From Asterias rubens (lineage: Eukaryota), in NCBI RefSeq assembly GCF_902459465.1, contig NC_047070.1, forward strand, positions 8,618,001-8,682,000: 64,000 bases of DNA. The letters are read 5' to 3'. Below the pieces are notes generated by a model. It did no database searches. It saw nothing but the letters and a program-made list of their open reading frames with translations, and had not been told where the DNA came from. The position numbers were made by a program, and so were the translations under genes. Shown in pieces: positions 61,926 to 64,000 of this stretch. Each line of letters opens with the position of its first letter. Positions within the stretch are counted from its first letter, which is position 1.

Positions 61926-64000
61926 CCAAGATTCAAAGTGGATTGGTCCTATTGTGATCATACATGATGAGATGACCTATATGGGGTTTTATGGAGAGGA
62001 TAGCTTAAACCATGCGTAAATACACACACAATGTGATGAACTGGAACAAGCAATCGGTAAGGGTTGACAATATATGTCCCAGTAAAACAATCAACCACGT
62101 TGGTCAGTTTATATTCCACTGGACAAGAATAAACTTTCACTGTACCGTGTGAACGCAAGCCCAGTTTGGATGAAATTGGCCCTTATATTTTGGACACCTA
62201 TGGCGCTCAGAGGGTCAATTTTTAAACTCTTCATCTGAAAAGTAATTTTTGTCAATTGAAAAACACAAGACCACTAGACTTGTCCTGTCCCGAGTTTACC
62301 AACTCGAGGCTAATGTAAAACAACTGGTCTTGGGCCTGCAGTCCTGTGTAAATTTGGAGCCTGTGGTCACGGTGGTCACATGTTATCACAGGTGAAAAAA
62401 ATGAAAAGGAATTCAAATGTGATGCGTTGTACATGGATCATCAGATAGTGAAGTGTCAACTTCAAATTATTGTGAGCTTAATAAGCATTGTTTATAATTT
62501 CATAATTTTTTCATTGAGCACTCCCCCCACCCAATTTATATGTTATACGTAGTCCATGTTCCTGCTTGCTACCACCAGCAGTGTCCACAGTGAACACATG
62601 ATGCCTGGGTCGCCCTGCCCAAATTCCAGGCGTGCATTTTTGGGGGGTACATGTAGGCCTACTTATTTTTTTGTGACTTATATATTTTTTCCGAATAGCA
62701 AGTTAGCATCATCTGTCATCACTGTCAAAATTTTGTCAGATAAAAAACTGTCAAAAATGCAACTTTTAATTTTGTTTTTGCATAAAATGGCACTGCATCA
62801 AATCTGAACCTTAGTTTGATTGAGCGATGTTTTTTAAATTGAGTAAGTGAACAACCATGACAAATTTCATGCATACGGAAGATCAATCCAAAGATTTGGG
62901 GCAGCCGCATAAAGAACCTGCTGGCAGACGAGCAAAATCTGGAACCGAAGTGGCATTTATATTTATCTTTTAATACAATTTCTTGATTGTTTCATGCTCC
63001 AGTTGATCTTTATGTTTGCTTATCGTGATGGAAATTCACAAGGTACTGTTGAGCGGTGGTGCACTTTGCTGTATAGAAATGTGTACAGGAAGAGCAAAGG
63101 GTTGAGGATTGTGGTAGGGTGGGGTGGGGGGGGGTGTAAGGCCACAGGGTGATGAGGTGCTCTTGCCATAATGCAGTGTGATTTAAATGTAGTGGATGGA
63201 TTGATGCAACAACAGTCAAGCCTGATACATGTACTTGCCAGTCTTGAACAGGGCATGGTACTTTCTTCTTGGAGAAGGGCACCTCTAATGTTTCTGTTGT
63301 ACAGGAGTATATCTAGGGGTGCACCAAGGCAATGAACTGGGGGCATTGTGGCAATAGACCAAATCCAATGAAGTGAATATTGTTAATTGCACATCTTGAA
63401 CAATACTGGTTGGCAAAAAAAAGGAACATTGGTCTGTTTTATCTGGTGCCGGCCGTGGCGCTCAAGCGTTTGTCATCTGCATAGTTTACAAATCTATGGC
63501 AATTGCGAATCAAGTTTTGAATGCATCATACGGTAGTTGGCGCAAATGTGGTTCAGAAACATTTCTTGTGTAATGTCGGTTTGCCTCATTTGTCTCCGTG
63601 AAGTCACAAAAAAAGAGTTGCACATTTTGTTTACATCTTTAAAACATGACATTTTGAACTCAACATAAAAGTGCACTGCATTTAAAAATATTTTGTTCAG
63701 AAAAGTCATTGTACTACATGTACTGGTAGAACATTCATGCATTTAAAAACAAAGGTCGGGAGGGGTGTCTTTTTGTCACATAATGTTTTCGAAAAAGTTT
63801 CTTTATGATTGTGTACCATTGTGCCAACCTTGTTTGGGTCCCAGTGCAAAAGCAATATAATTGCAGAATGTGATGTGTATGGAGAGTCAGAGAGGATATA
63901 AGAACTAGAGGGCGCACTTGATACGCGACACGGCATGCGCGCATGCGGCCATTTTCTTGACAAAACAGCATCGCACAGCGTGTGTTTGTGCAGCCACTTT

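Overview
AT-rich, repeat-dense animal genomic DNA with spliceosomal introns. It is probably from an invertebrate deuterostome such as an echinoderm; this is an inference, since the sequence alone does not fix the species. Reading splice sites by hand reveals four protein-coding genes that the ORF track mostly misses. (1) The 5' part of a TIA1/TIAR RNA-binding protein gene on the minus strand (exons 14371-14421, 14248-14279, 10240-10333, 4877-4975), continuing off the left edge. (2) An intronless small heat-shock (alpha-crystallin domain) gene, 18426-19223 (+), divergent from TIA1. (3) A complete 5-coding-exon RNF4 SUMO-targeted ubiquitin ligase on the minus strand (54459 to 41204, ~201 aa). 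(4) The first two coding exons of a probable FAM193-family gene (+), head-to-head with RNF4. Between sHSP and RNF4 lies a 15-copy tandem array of tRNA-Cys(GCA) genes (30610-32845), most carrying point variants. The rest is MITEs (several TTAA-flanked families), a Tc1/mariner deletion derivative, foldback elements, tRNA-derived SINEs, L2 and RTE LINE 3' ends, and one assembly gap. All coordinates and translations were derived by eye; no searches were run.
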